Below are positions 37,160 to 46,101 of a stretch of 64,000 bases of DNA, one piece after another (positions within the stretch are counted from its first letter, which is position 1; each line of letters starts with the position of its first letter). Position numbers and translations under genes: made by a program. The notes under the pieces are model-generated. The model was not told the origin of the DNA and did not search any database. It saw only the letters and a program-made list of their open reading frames with translations. The DNA comes from Gemmatimonas sp. (lineage in GTDB: Bacteria > Gemmatimonadota > Gemmatimonadetes > Gemmatimonadales > Gemmatimonadaceae), in the NCBI GenBank assembly GCA_965279375.1, contig OZ257156.1, positions 1,632,001 through 1,696,000 of the forward strand, in the 5' to 3' direction.

Positions 37160-38158
37160 TCACTCCCAGCTGGTGGGGCGTCTCCAGAGCTTCCGGCCGA
37201 GCTTCCATGACCGCTTCGCCGAGATCTCCTGTGTGCCGCCGGGCGGGTACAGCTCGGGGTCGGCGAACTCGTCGAGCATGTCGGTGGCCTTGGCCGAGGC
37301 TTCGTCGGCCCAGTGCACGATTTCGGCCTCGACGGTCATGGGCTGCACGGGGCTACCGAACTCGAGCGATCCATGGTGGGACAGGATGAGGTGCAGGAGT
37401 TCGTTTCGCTGCGCCTCGGACAGCGTGAACTCCGCGGCTGCCAGCCTGCGGTCGAACATGAGGGCGCCGAGGGTGACATGGCCGAGGAGCATGCCCGTGG
37501 AGGTGTGGGCAAAGCCTTCGGGGGAGATGGCGTAGGCGTCGACTTTGCCGATGTCGTGGAGGAGGGCTCCGGCGACCACCAGATCCGCGTTGGCTTGGCG
37601 AACTGTCCGGGCGACATGCCGAGCGATGGAGGTGACCTCGTAGACGTGGAGGAGCAGACCGCCCAGTTGCGCGTGGTGTCCGTTGACGGAGCCGGGGGCG
37701 CGTTCGAAGGCGACGCGGAAGTTGTCGTCGGCGAAGAACAGGTCCACGGCTTGCCGGATTGTGCTGGAGGCGATGCCGGCGCGGAGTTTGTCGAGCGCGT
37801 CCCAGACTTTTTCGGTCTCTACGTCGATGCGGACCAGGAACTCGGAGGGGTCGAACTGATCGGCGGGGAGCACCCGCAGCGGGGCAGTGAGCTGGAGTTG
37901 ACGCTTGCGCGAGCCATCGTCGCCGAATGTGGCGACCTCTCCAATGACCTGCACGACGCGTCCTTTCTCTGCGCCGGCGGCCCAGTCGAGGCGTTCTGAC
38001 CAGATGGGGGCGGTTTCTATGGTCCCGGTCGCATTGCCGAGTGCGAGGACGACGAAGGGGAGTCCCGCGCGCGTGGTGCGTTCGGTTCGCTCGCGTACCA
38101 AAAACTCGTGCTGGACGCGATCGCCGAGTGTGGCGCTGCGGAGGTCGAAGGGTGCCAT
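37160..38158 (-). CDS. yhaM: OB-fold + HD-domain 3'-5' exoribonuclease, YhaM/CBF1 family
   Basis: N-terminal OB-like region, HHAQLGGLLLH, GALLHDIGK, GH, HLILSHHG..EFGSP..P.T.EA.IVH.AD. Confidence 0.85.
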   Translation of the reverse strand: MAPFDLRSATLGDRVQHEFLVRERTERTTRAGLPFVVLALGNATGTIETAPIWSERLDWAAGAEKGRVVQVIGEVATFGDDGSRKRQLQLTAPLRVLPADQFDPSEFLVRIDVETEKVWDALDKLRAGIASSTIRQAVDLFFADDNFRVAFERAPGSVNGHHAQLGGLLLHVYEVTSIARHVARTVRQANADLVVAGALLHDIGKVDAYAISPEGFAHTSTGMLLGHVTLGALMFDRRLAAAEFTLSEAQRNELLHLILSHHGSLEFGSPVQPMTVEAEIVHWADEASAKATDMLDEFADPELYPPGGTQEISAKRSWKLGRKLWRRPTSWE

Positions 38159-38251
38159 GGAGGGGTTACGGCGGTGGCGCGTGCTGGAACTGCGGGGCGG
38201 ATTCGGAAGGAAGGCCCTTGCGCCGAATGGACTGGATGGAGAGGCTTGAGC

Positions 38252-38848
38252 ATGTCTGCAAGCCGTCGTTCCGTTCATTTGGCGCCGCGTGGGGTTCCCG
38301 CAGCGAATGGTGATGTGCTGGAGGATGGTCGCGCCACCCCGGCGAGCGCTGGTGTGATCGATTCTCCGCACGAGGAGTTGGCGCCGGCGGAGGCGTCTGC
38401 GCTGCGCTTGTGGGTCGTGCTGGCGCGCGCGCACGCGGCGATCTCCGCGCACGCGACCGAGGATGCGTCCCGAAACGGGCTGACGCTGGCCGAGTTCGGT
38501 ATTCTCGAGGCGCTGTACCATCGAGGGCCGATGCTGCTGGGTGAGGTGCAGCGTCGCATTCTGGTCTCGAGCGGAGGTATCACCTTTCTCGTGGACCGGT
38601 TGACGGCGAAGGGGTTGGTGGAGCGGCGGTCGTGTCCATCCGACCGTCGGGCGCGTTACGCCGCGCTGACGCCGCAGGGCGAGTCGCTGGTGGCGGAGAC
38701 GTTTCCGGTTCACGCGGCCGTCTTGTCGCGCGTGATGTCCGGGCTGACGCCGGAGGAGCAGGAGCGTGCCGCGGACTTGATTCGTACGCTCGGACTGCAC
38801 GCGGCGAGCGAGCCGCGCTTGAGCGCGCTGGAGTCGGTGCGGGGCTGA
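38252..38848 (+). CDS. MarR-family regulator, MhqR-like (start may be further downstream)
   Basis: LRLWVVLARAH, GLTLAEFGILEALYHRG, ILVSSGGITFLVDRL..KGLV.R...SDRR. Confidence 0.9.
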   Translation: MSASRRSVHLAPRGVPAANGDVLEDGRATPASAGVIDSPHEELAPAEASALRLWVVLARAHAAISAHATEDASRNGLTLAEFGILEALYHRGPMLLGEVQRRILVSSGGITFLVDRLTAKGLVERRSCPSDRRARYAALTPQGESLVAETFPVHAAVLSRVMSGLTPEEQERAADLIRTLGLHAASEPRLSALESVRG

Positions 38849-38905
38849 GGTATTAGGGTCGTATTCGCTCCGCGATCACGGCCCGACTTCTGCGACAGAG
38901 GGTGC

Positions 38906-38978
38906 TTGACGGAGACACCATTCCCACTTATATCTCAGTTCAGAGATACTCACTGTAGAGTATCGCAAATTTGAGATA
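38906..38978 (+). promoter_or_regulatory. yceI promoter with three overlapping MhqR-type operators
   Basis: TTGACG at 38906; 18-bp palindromes TATCTC-N6-GAGATA (38931), ATACTC-N6-GAGTAT (38946), TATCGC-N6-GAGATA (38961). Confidence 0.78.
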
Positions 38979-39026
38979 AGCATTCTCCGCACAACCACCA
39001 CCGCCTACCAGGCGAAGGAGCTGCTT

Positions 39027-39563
39027 ATGAAGTGGGCAATCGACTCGGCGCACAGCCAGATCCAGTTCAGCGTCAAGCACCTCGGCATCTCCACCGTGCG
39101 CGGCACCTTTGACGCGTTCTCCGGCAGCATCGAGGAATCGAACGGCGTCGTGACCGCGGTCAGCGTCGATATCGACACCAAGTCGGTGAACACCAATCAG
39201 GGTCAGCGCGACGAGCATCTCCGCAGTCCCGACTTCTTCGACAGCCCCACGTTTCCGCACGCCAGCTTCCGTCTGACGAAGTTCGACAAGAAGGGCGATG
39301 ACGTGACGGCCACCGGCGAACTGACCATTCGCGGCGTGACGCACCCGGTGTCGCTCAAGGGCGAGATCGCTGGACCTGCCACGGATCCGTGGGGCAACCA
39401 GAAGGTGTCGGCCACGCTCGAGGCGCGCATCTCGCGGAAGGAGTGGGGGCTGACGTGGAACGCGGCGCTCGAGACCGGCGGCGTGCTGGTGAGCGACGAA
39501 GTGCGTCTCGCGATCGACGTGCAGGCGGCCGTTGCGGTGGAAGCGGAGCCAGTCGCCGCGTAG
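39027..39563 (+). CDS. yceI: YceI family polyisoprenoid-binding protein
   Basis: WAIDSAHSQIQF.VKH.G.STVRG.F, RDEHLRSPDFFD, GELTIRGVT, DPWG. Confidence 0.93.
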   Translation: MKWAIDSAHSQIQFSVKHLGISTVRGTFDAFSGSIEESNGVVTAVSVDIDTKSVNTNQGQRDEHLRSPDFFDSPTFPHASFRLTKFDKKGDDVTATGELTIRGVTHPVSLKGEIAGPATDPWGNQKVSATLEARISRKEWGLTWNAALETGGVLVSDEVRLAIDVQAAVAVEAEPVAA

Positions 39564-39584
39564 TCCGCTCACGGTGAGGACAGG

Positions 39585-39627
39585 AACGGGGACGCTCTCA
39601 GCTGTGGCTGCGAGCGTCCCCGTTTTT
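39585..39627 (+). terminator. Rho-independent terminator after yceI
   Basis: AACGGGGACGCTC...GAGCGTCCCCGTT followed by a T run. Confidence 0.8.
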
Positions 39628-39679
39628 CGTGCCAGCGTTGCAGAGCGACCGACCGCTGCGCACCAATCGACGCGGCTGC

Positions 39680-39910
39680 TCAGGACACGTACAGGATGTC
39701 CCCGTCGTTGTCGATTCCGAGTTCCTGCTGCACCCCACACACGCCACAGATCAACACCGCGTGCCAACGCTCGCCGAGCTGATCCTGCAACGCGGGAAGT
39801 GCTTCACGCACCGTGAGCTTGCGATACGTGTACTCCTTGCAGCCGATGCACGCATGCGCTCGAGCGATCCGCTCCGCGCGTTCCTGCGTGATGGGCGAGG
39901 GATGGTTCAC
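39680..39910 (-). CDS. Small putative zinc-binding protein (76 aa)
   Basis: CIGC...CGVC; GTG 3 nt after the SPFH stop codon. Confidence 0.72.
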   Translation of the reverse strand: MNHPSPITQERAERIARAHACIGCKEYTYRKLTVREALPALQDQLGERWHAVLICGVCGVQQELGIDNDGDILYVS

Positions 39911-39913
39911 GGC

Positions 39914-41008
39914 TCAGCTGCCGCTGTTGGGCGTGCCGGACTCACTGCCTGGGAGCGCCTTGGGGACACCCGGATAACCGAGCCCTGACGACGAGGCCGA
40001 GCGCGTGCCGGGGGCGCGTGCGGCGTCATCGGCGTCGCGTGAATGCCCCGTGGCGCTGAGCAACTCGCGAAGACCGCCCAGCGCACCCATGACGCCCGAC
40101 GCTTCGGCGGGGAGGAAGATCGTGGTGCCCTTTCCCTGCGTGAGCTGAGGCAGCGCTTCGAGGTACTTGAGGCCGAGCAGGTACATGGCGGCCTGTCCTT
40201 CCGGCAACGACGCTGAAATGAGTCCGATCGCTTCCGCCTCCGCGTGCGCGATGGCGAGTCGCGCCTCGGCCATGCCCTGCGCACGCAGGACGTTGGCGTC
40301 GCGCTCACCTTCGGCTTTGCGTACCTGCGACTCGCGCTGGCCTTCCGACTCGAGAATGGCGGCGCGCTTGCCAGCTTCGGCGTTCGTCACCGACGCTCGG
40401 CGTTCGCGTTCGGCGCGCATCTGCAGTTCCATGGACTGCTGGATGTCGCGCGGGGGTTCGATGCTCTGCAGTTCGACGCGCGTCACATCGACGCCCCAGC
40501 CGATGGAAGCCTCTTCGATCACGTCGCGCATGCGCTTGTTGATCACGTCGCGGCTGGTCAGCGTGGCGTCGAGTTCCATATCGCCGACGATGTTTCGCAG
40601 CGTGGTCCGCGTCAGCGTTTCGAGCGCGTATGGCAGGTTGGTGACGGAGTACGTCGCCTTCTGCGGATCGGCGATGCGGTAGTAGAGCACCGCATCGATG
40701 TCGATCGTGACGTTGTCCTTGGTGATGACAGGCTGGCTCGGAAAGTTGAGCACCTGTTCACGCAGATCGATTCGCGACGTGGAGCCGGCGACGATCTTTC
40801 GCACGCCGGCGACATCGGATTCGAGATAGCGCACGTCGATCGTGCGCGGCCGTTCGATGAACGGGATGAGCAGGTTGAGCCCGGAGCGCGCTATGCGATC
40901 GAATCGTCCGAGCCGCTCCACCACCATCACTTCCGCCTGCCCGATGATCTTGACTGAGCTCACCAGCAACACGAGCACAAGAACGACAGCGACGATCAGG
41001 AAGGGCAT
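39914..41008 (-). CDS. SPFH/band-7 (stomatin-like, QmcA-type) protein
   Basis: N-terminal TM, VVERLG, PVITKDNV, QMRAERERRA. Confidence 0.93.
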   Translation of the reverse strand: MPFLIVAVVLVLVLLVSSVKIIGQAEVMVVERLGRFDRIARSGLNLLIPFIERPRTIDVRYLESDVAGVRKIVAGSTSRIDLREQVLNFPSQPVITKDNVTIDIDAVLYYRIADPQKATYSVTNLPYALETLTRTTLRNIVGDMELDATLTSRDVINKRMRDVIEEASIGWGVDVTRVELQSIEPPRDIQQSMELQMRAERERRASVTNAEAGKRAAILESEGQRESQVRKAEGERDANVLRAQGMAEARLAIAHAEAEAIGLISASLPEGQAAMYLLGLKYLEALPQLTQGKGTTIFLPAEASGVMGALGGLRELLSATGHSRDADDAARAPGTRSASSSGLGYPGVPKALPGSESGTPNSGS

Positions 41009-41031
41009 GGCGGAGTACGGATGTTTGGTGG

Positions 41032-42111
41032 CTACGGTCTCCAGTCGGCGATGAAGAGATTCGTTTCGCCGGCCTTCGCATCGAAGCGATTGGAGGCCCA
41101 GATCAGTTGCTTACCATTGGGGCTGAACATCGGGAACCCGTCGAACTCCGGATTCGTGCTCACCTGCTCGATTCCGGTGCCGTCCATCTTCACGATGAAC
41201 AGGTCAAAGTTACGACTGCGCGGGTTCTTGTGGTTGGACGAGAAGATGATGTGCTGTCCGTCCGGCGTCCACGAGGGACCGAAGTTGGCGCCGCCGAGGT
41301 TGGTGATCTGCTTGTTGTTGGACCCGTCCGCGTTCATGACGAACAGTTCCATGCGATTCGGGCGGATCATGCGCTTGCTGAGCAGGTCGCGATACGACGC
41401 GATCGAATCCGGATTGGTCGGATGCCAGGCGCGATAGACGATCTTGGTGCCATCGGGCGACCACCACGGTCCGCCATCGTAGCCCGGCGTGGTGGTCAGC
41501 TGCTTCACGTCGGTGCCGTCGACATTCATCGTGTAGATGTCGAGGTCCCCGCCCTTGAGCGACGTGAAGACGATACGCTTGCCGTCGGGGGAGAGCACAC
41601 CTTCCGCCGTGTAGACGCCGTAGTTGGTGAGGCGCTTGAGATCCTTTCCATCGCGTCCGACAGTGTAGATGTCGAACGGATCGATGCCCCAGACGTAGCC
41701 CTTGGACGGATCCGGCTTGGCCGGGCAAGCGGTGTCAGCGGCGTGCGTCGAACCGAAAAAGAGGCGCTTGCTGCCGGGAAGGAACCAGCCGCAGGTGGTT
41801 TTGCCGCCGACGGAGACCTTGGTCAGCCCCGTGCCGTCCGGGCGCATGACGTACTGCTGATCGCAGGTGCGGCCGTCGCGCGTGGATTGGAAGGTGATCC
41901 ACTGCCCGTCGGCGCTGAAATAGGCTTCAGCGTTCTCGCCGCCGTTGGTGAGCTGGCGAATGTTGGTCAGATGAGATTCGCCGGCTTCGGCCGGCACGGC
42001 GGTGCGGGCGGCGCCTGTCACGGCGGACGGCGCGGCACTCGGCACGCGGCTGCAGGCGGCCGCGGCGACGACGACGGCGGCCAAAATCAGAGCGGAATTG
42101 GATGTACGCAT
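41032..42111 (-). CDS. PD40/TolB-like beta-propeller lipoprotein
   Basis: Lipobox AAAC; repeated SPDG..IVF.S blades; GENAEAYFS, YDGGP, FDGFPMFSP. Confidence 0.88.
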   Translation of the reverse strand: MRTSNSALILAAVVVAAAACSRVPSAAPSAVTGAARTAVPAEAGESHLTNIRQLTNGGENAEAYFSADGQWITFQSTRDGRTCDQQYVMRPDGTGLTKVSVGGKTTCGWFLPGSKRLFFGSTHAADTACPAKPDPSKGYVWGIDPFDIYTVGRDGKDLKRLTNYGVYTAEGVLSPDGKRIVFTSLKGGDLDIYTMNVDGTDVKQLTTTPGYDGGPWWSPDGTKIVYRAWHPTNPDSIASYRDLLSKRMIRPNRMELFVMNADGSNNKQITNLGGANFGPSWTPDGQHIIFSSNHKNPRSRNFDLFIVKMDGTGIEQVSTNPEFDGFPMFSPNGKQLIWASNRFDAKAGETNLFIADWRP

Positions 42112-42174
42112 GCGGCTAACCGTAGACGGCCACAGCTGTTCCGGCAATCCGCACCATTACGAAGGCACAATCCA

Positions 42175-42207
42175 GACGGGTGCGGAGCGTGACGCCCCGC
42201 ACCCGTC
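42175..42207 (-). terminator. Hairpin downstream of the 42218 stop codon
   Basis: GACGGGTGCGG...CCGCACCCGTC. Confidence 0.55.
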
Positions 42208-42217
42208 CGGCATTGGA

Positions 42218-42479
42218 TCACTTCAATTCAATGACTTTGACACCGGCCAGCGAGCCGGCGGTACTCACATAGCCCACTCGATAAGGTGCGCCGTTATCGG
42301 CCGCCGACCACGGAGATGGTGCCGGGAACGCTCGCGACGGCATTGATCGCGGCGTGGGTGGAGAGCGATGACTGGGTGCTCTGCGCCTGCGCGCCGGTCG
42401 CGATGGCAACGGAAGCGATGATGGCGGACGCGGCGATGGCTGCCAAGAGTGGCAGCGAAGAGTTGCGAGGGGGGCGCAT
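42218..42479 (-). pseudogene. Probable frameshifted small secreted protein
   Basis: Signal-peptide ORF (42479-42294) stops; a shifted frame continues SAADNGAPYRVGYVSTAGSLAGVKVIELK to 42218. Confidence 0.4.
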
Positions 42480-42602
42480 GGATGGGATTGGCCGTGTGAA
42501 GCCAGCATCGAGCTGCGTCGCCCGTGACTAATTCATCGGCAATCCAGCAGAAATCTTTAGCACGGCATCGTTTGCTCTGTCACGTGAAGCAACGCTCAGG
42601 GC

Positions 42603-42640
42603 AAAGAAAACCGCCCGGATCGAGTGCTCGATCCGGGCGG
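42603..42640 (-). terminator. Rho-independent terminator after ctpA
   Basis: CCGCCCGGATCGAG-ca-CTCGATCCGGGCGG-TTTTCTTT on the minus strand. Confidence 0.85.
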
Positions 42641-42671
42641 CGTTAACCATTGTTACGCTGCTGCGCGTCGC

Positions 42672-44279
42672 CTACTTGGACCCGCTCTTCGCGAGCGCGG
42701 GCTTGCCTTGCGGCAAGAGTGCTGCGGCGGCGAAGACGTCCTTCTGTGTCGTGCTCTTGCGGAGCAATTCGATTGCCTTGCGCAGCTGGTTGTCATCGTT
42801 GAGCTGATGACGCTTCACGGCGGTGTCGCCGAAGGCGAGCTTGGCAACGCGCTCTTCGATGGCGCGATCGACATCAGCGGCGCCGGCGTCGAACATGGCC
42901 TTGTCGATCTTGACCGAGTCGGCGGTGAGGCGACGATAGAGGTCTTCGCGCCACGCCGGGTTGATGGCGAAGTCGGGCTTAACCTTCCCCTTCTGTTCTT
43001 CGGCGATGGCCTGCAGCTGCTGTAGATACTTCTGGGAGGCAGGTGCGAGCGCGCGGCGCAGCTTCTGCTCGGCGGTCGTCAGCGTATCGGCGGCGACGTA
43101 AACGTCGGGCGTGATGGCACCACCGCCGTACAGCGTGCGGCCGCTGGCGGACTTGTACGTCGGCTTGGCCTTGCGTGCCGAATCGGACTCGATGGAGTCA
43201 GGCGCGACTTCGACGAACTGTCCGTTGTCGTTGAACTTGCGCTCCTTCTGAATGGAGCGACCCGACGGCGTGTACCACTTGCCCGTGGTGATCTTGAGCG
43301 CGTAGCCGCCATCGAGGTTGTAGACGCTCTGCACGAGGCCCTTGCCGAACGACGTGGTGCCGAGGACGAGGGCGCGATCGTAGTCCTGCAGCGCGCCGGC
43401 AACGATTTCAGCGGCGGACGCCGAGTAACCGTCGACGAGCACGACGAGCGGGACATCCGGTGCGAGCGGATCGTTGTTGGCGACGAACTTCTGGAAGTCA
43501 CCGCGACCGCGGACGCTGAGCAGTTCCTTGCCCTTGGGGAGGAACAGGTTGGACATCGCGAAGGCTTCTTCGAGGATGCCGCCCGGGTTGCCGCGCATGT
43601 CGATGACGATGCCCTTCGCGCCCTGCTTGCGCAGCGAGGTCACCGCTTCGACGATGTCCGACGTTGTCTGCTCGCTGAAGCGCTCGAGCGGGACGTATCC
43701 CACCTGCGGATCGATCATCATCGAGTAGCGAACGGCCGGCACGTGGATTTCGGCGCGCTTGAAATCGAGCTTGATCGGCTGGGGCACGCCGGGGCGCATG
43801 AACTGCACGGTGACGGCGCTGCCGACGGGCCCGAGTAGCTTGCTCTGAGCCTTCTGGGTGTCCCAGCCGCGGGCGGAGAAGGTGTCCACCTGGAAGATGC
43901 GATCGCCTTCCTGTACGCCGCGCGATTCGGCCGGAGAGTTGTGGAAGACCTTATTGATGGTCACCCACTCGCCGATCTTGGAGATCTCCATGCCGATGCC
44001 GGCGTAGCGACCGTTGGTGTTGCGGGCGAACTCCTCCATCTGCTTGGGAGAGAAGAGTTCAGTGTAGGGGTCGTTGAGTTCCTTCACGAGGCCACGGGCG
44101 GCCTTTTCGTAGAGCGCCTGCGCGTCGAGCGTATCGACGTAGCGCAAGGCAACGAAGGTGAGGACCTGATCGAGGAGCTGCGCGCCGCCCCGCGAGGCGC
44201 GCGTCTGAAGGGCGAACCCTCCGGCGAGCACTGGGAGGAGGACGAGACTGGCCAGGGCGGCCTTGCGGGTGCGTGTCAT
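42672..44279 (-). CDS. ctpA: S41 carboxy-terminal processing protease with PDZ domain
   Basis: DPYT, GIGMEI, DMRGNPGG, SASAAEIVAGALQD, FGKGLVQ, WYTPSGRSIQ. Confidence 0.93.
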   Translation of the reverse strand: MTRTRKAALASLVLLPVLAGGFALQTRASRGGAQLLDQVLTFVALRYVDTLDAQALYEKAARGLVKELNDPYTELFSPKQMEEFARNTNGRYAGIGMEISKIGEWVTINKVFHNSPAESRGVQEGDRIFQVDTFSARGWDTQKAQSKLLGPVGSAVTVQFMRPGVPQPIKLDFKRAEIHVPAVRYSMMIDPQVGYVPLERFSEQTTSDIVEAVTSLRKQGAKGIVIDMRGNPGGILEEAFAMSNLFLPKGKELLSVRGRGDFQKFVANNDPLAPDVPLVVLVDGYSASAAEIVAGALQDYDRALVLGTTSFGKGLVQSVYNLDGGYALKITTGKWYTPSGRSIQKERKFNDNGQFVEVAPDSIESDSARKAKPTYKSASGRTLYGGGAITPDVYVAADTLTTAEQKLRRALAPASQKYLQQLQAIAEEQKGKVKPDFAINPAWREDLYRRLTADSVKIDKAMFDAGAADVDRAIEERVAKLAFGDTAVKRHQLNDDNQLRKAIELLRKSTTQKDVFAAAALLPQGKPALAKSGSK

Positions 44280-44385
44280 GCGGCGGCTCGAAATGGGGGT
44301 GTACCAGCAAACCTGCTCTGTCGTACGCGAGGCGCGGAGCTCGGTTCCCTGCCGGGACACGAGGGGACGCCAAAACTGCTTGTCG

Positions 44386-45267
44386 TCAGGGCTCCTCGCG
44401 AGGGCGAGAGCCAAGCACGTAGTCCACCTGCCAGACCCGTTCGTACTGACGGATCCCGATATCCCGCACGAGTCCCGCGCTCAGCAACATCTCATGCGCT
44501 GGTTGTAGGACGCGCTGGAGGTGTGATGGATAACGTTGCGTGAGGGGAAGTTGTTCGGCCAGTCGTTCGAGCGGGATGCGCCAGGAGAGGCGTCCGTCAG
44601 CGCGGGCGACCTCGAGCATCCGGTACAAACGGCGCGCTACCGGGGACGACAGCGCGTGGTATCGGGTGCTCGACAGGGTGATCGTGTGCCGAGCGGCGAG
44701 GTTGGCGCGCACCGTGGGGGAGATGATCACGCGGGCGTCGCCCGGTTCGCCAGTGGCGAGATTGCCGAAGAGGTGGAGCTGTTCGCGGTCCGCCACCCGA
44801 CGGCGCTGAACGGCGACCGAGGTGAGGATCGTGAAGCTGATGTCGCCGTGGCCCGAGGTTGCGGACCAGTAGGCGCCGACCGACTCGAGGGTGGTGCGTT
44901 CGAGACGGGTGAGGGCCGCGCGCAGCTGTTCGTAGGTGCGGCCGTCGGCGCGACGGCCCATCGACCGGAGAAACGCATGCAACGTGAAGGTGACCGCGCC
45001 ATCGGCGGGAGCACCCATCTCGTTGTAGCGGTGCAGCAGTTCGACGTAGACGTCCTGATCGAACGTGCCGGGCAAGCGGTCGCCGGCCATGGGGATGACG
45101 CGCCAGCGCCCGCCGTTGTCCGTGAGGAACGAAACGGGGGCGTCGTCCGCCGAATCACTGAGGCGGAAGAGGGGCAGCTCCTCGAGCGAGCGATCGAGGA
45201 TGACCCCACGCACGGCGGGTCGCTTGCGAGCAGCGAGTGTCATCAGCGATGGAAGCTGTGCGTCCAT
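44386..45267 (-). CDS. Plasmid-type replication initiator protein A (RPA family)-like protein
   Basis: LEELPLFRLS, P.TFDQDVY..L, FTLHAFLRSMGR...GRTYEQLRAALTRL..TTL, YHALSSPVARRLY, W.I.L..L.E..PL pattern of winged-helix Rep proteins. Confidence 0.7.
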   Translation of the reverse strand: MDAQLPSLMTLAARKRPAVRGVILDRSLEELPLFRLSDSADDAPVSFLTDNGGRWRVIPMAGDRLPGTFDQDVYVELLHRYNEMGAPADGAVTFTLHAFLRSMGRRADGRTYEQLRAALTRLERTTLESVGAYWSATSGHGDISFTILTSVAVQRRRVADREQLHLFGNLATGEPGDARVIISPTVRANLAARHTITLSSTRYHALSSPVARRLYRMLEVARADGRLSWRIPLERLAEQLPLTQRYPSHLQRVLQPAHEMLLSAGLVRDIGIRQYERVWQVDYVLGSRPREEP

Positions 45268-45327
45268 CCCTCGTAGCGCCAGCGGTTTGCGCGATTTCGT
45301 TCCAGTCGGTTCTCGGGTGTGGTACGG

Positions 45328-46062
45328 CTACGCGAGCAGCAATACCTGCCCACTGACGTTGCGTGCGGCATCGCTGGCGAGAAATGCGACGACATCGGCG
45401 ACCGACTCACGCTCGACGTACTCGGTGGAGTCGGCCATGTTGCTGAGATTAGCGGCGGTGCGGACGGCGGTGGGCGCGACGGCGTTGGCGCGCACGCCAT
45501 GCGCGCGCTCATCGGCGGCGACGGCGCGCATCATGGCGAGCACGGCGCTCTTGGCAGCAGCGTACGCGCCCAAGCCTTCTGGTTTTGCGCCGGGGAGTGC
45601 TGCAGCCGACGCGAAGTAGACAAACGCGCCGCGGCCGGTGCGCACGGCTGGCAGAAAGGCGCGTGTCGCGTTGTGCGCTGTGTCGAGGTTGATGACGAAT
45701 TGCTTCTGCCACGCGGCGTTGTCGGTGCTGTCGAGCGGGCCGGTGAGCCCGAAGCCGCCGGCGGCACAGACGACCGCGTGCACAGCGCCGCCAAAGCGAT
45801 CACTCGTTGCGGCGATGACCTCGTTGGCGACCGTCTGCGCGGCCTCACCATCGGCGAGGTTGGCGGCATGCGCCGACACGGTGTAGCCCAGCGCACGCAG
45901 CGTTGCCGCGCGCGCCTCGACTTCGGCGAGCGTCAGATCGAGCAGGGCGAGCGTGGCGCCGCGCTTTGCGAAGCCCAAGGCGAGCGCTTCTCCAACCTGT
46001 CCGGCGCGACCGACGCCAGTGATGACGACGAGCTTGTTCGCGAATTCATTTGTGGACTCCAT
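45328..46062 (-). CDS. Short-chain dehydrogenase/reductase
   Basis: TGVGRAGQVG, YAAAK, GVRANAVAP, SGQV. Confidence 0.92.
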   Translation of the reverse strand: MESTNEFANKLVVITGVGRAGQVGEALALGFAKRGATLALLDLTLAEVEARAATLRALGYTVSAHAANLADGEAAQTVANEVIAATSDRFGGAVHAVVCAAGGFGLTGPLDSTDNAAWQKQFVINLDTAHNATRAFLPAVRTGRGAFVYFASAAALPGAKPEGLGAYAAAKSAVLAMMRAVAADERAHGVRANAVAPTAVRTAANLSNMADSTEYVERESVADVVAFLASDAARNVSGQVLLLA

Positions 46063-46101
46063 GCGCGCCGTCTCCGGTGGAGCGTGGTCCCGCGAGGCTG
46101 G

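Noticed and set aside
37000..37160. Possible c-di-GMP-I riboswitch (GAAA-containing motifs)
   Set aside because: The conserved GCAAAC...GAAA...GACGCAAAGC order is missing, and the motifs are on the strand opposite the downstream gene.
44280..45327. Iterons or an AT-rich origin flanking the Rep-like gene
   Set aside because: No direct repeats, DnaA boxes or AT-rich tract visible in the short flanks.
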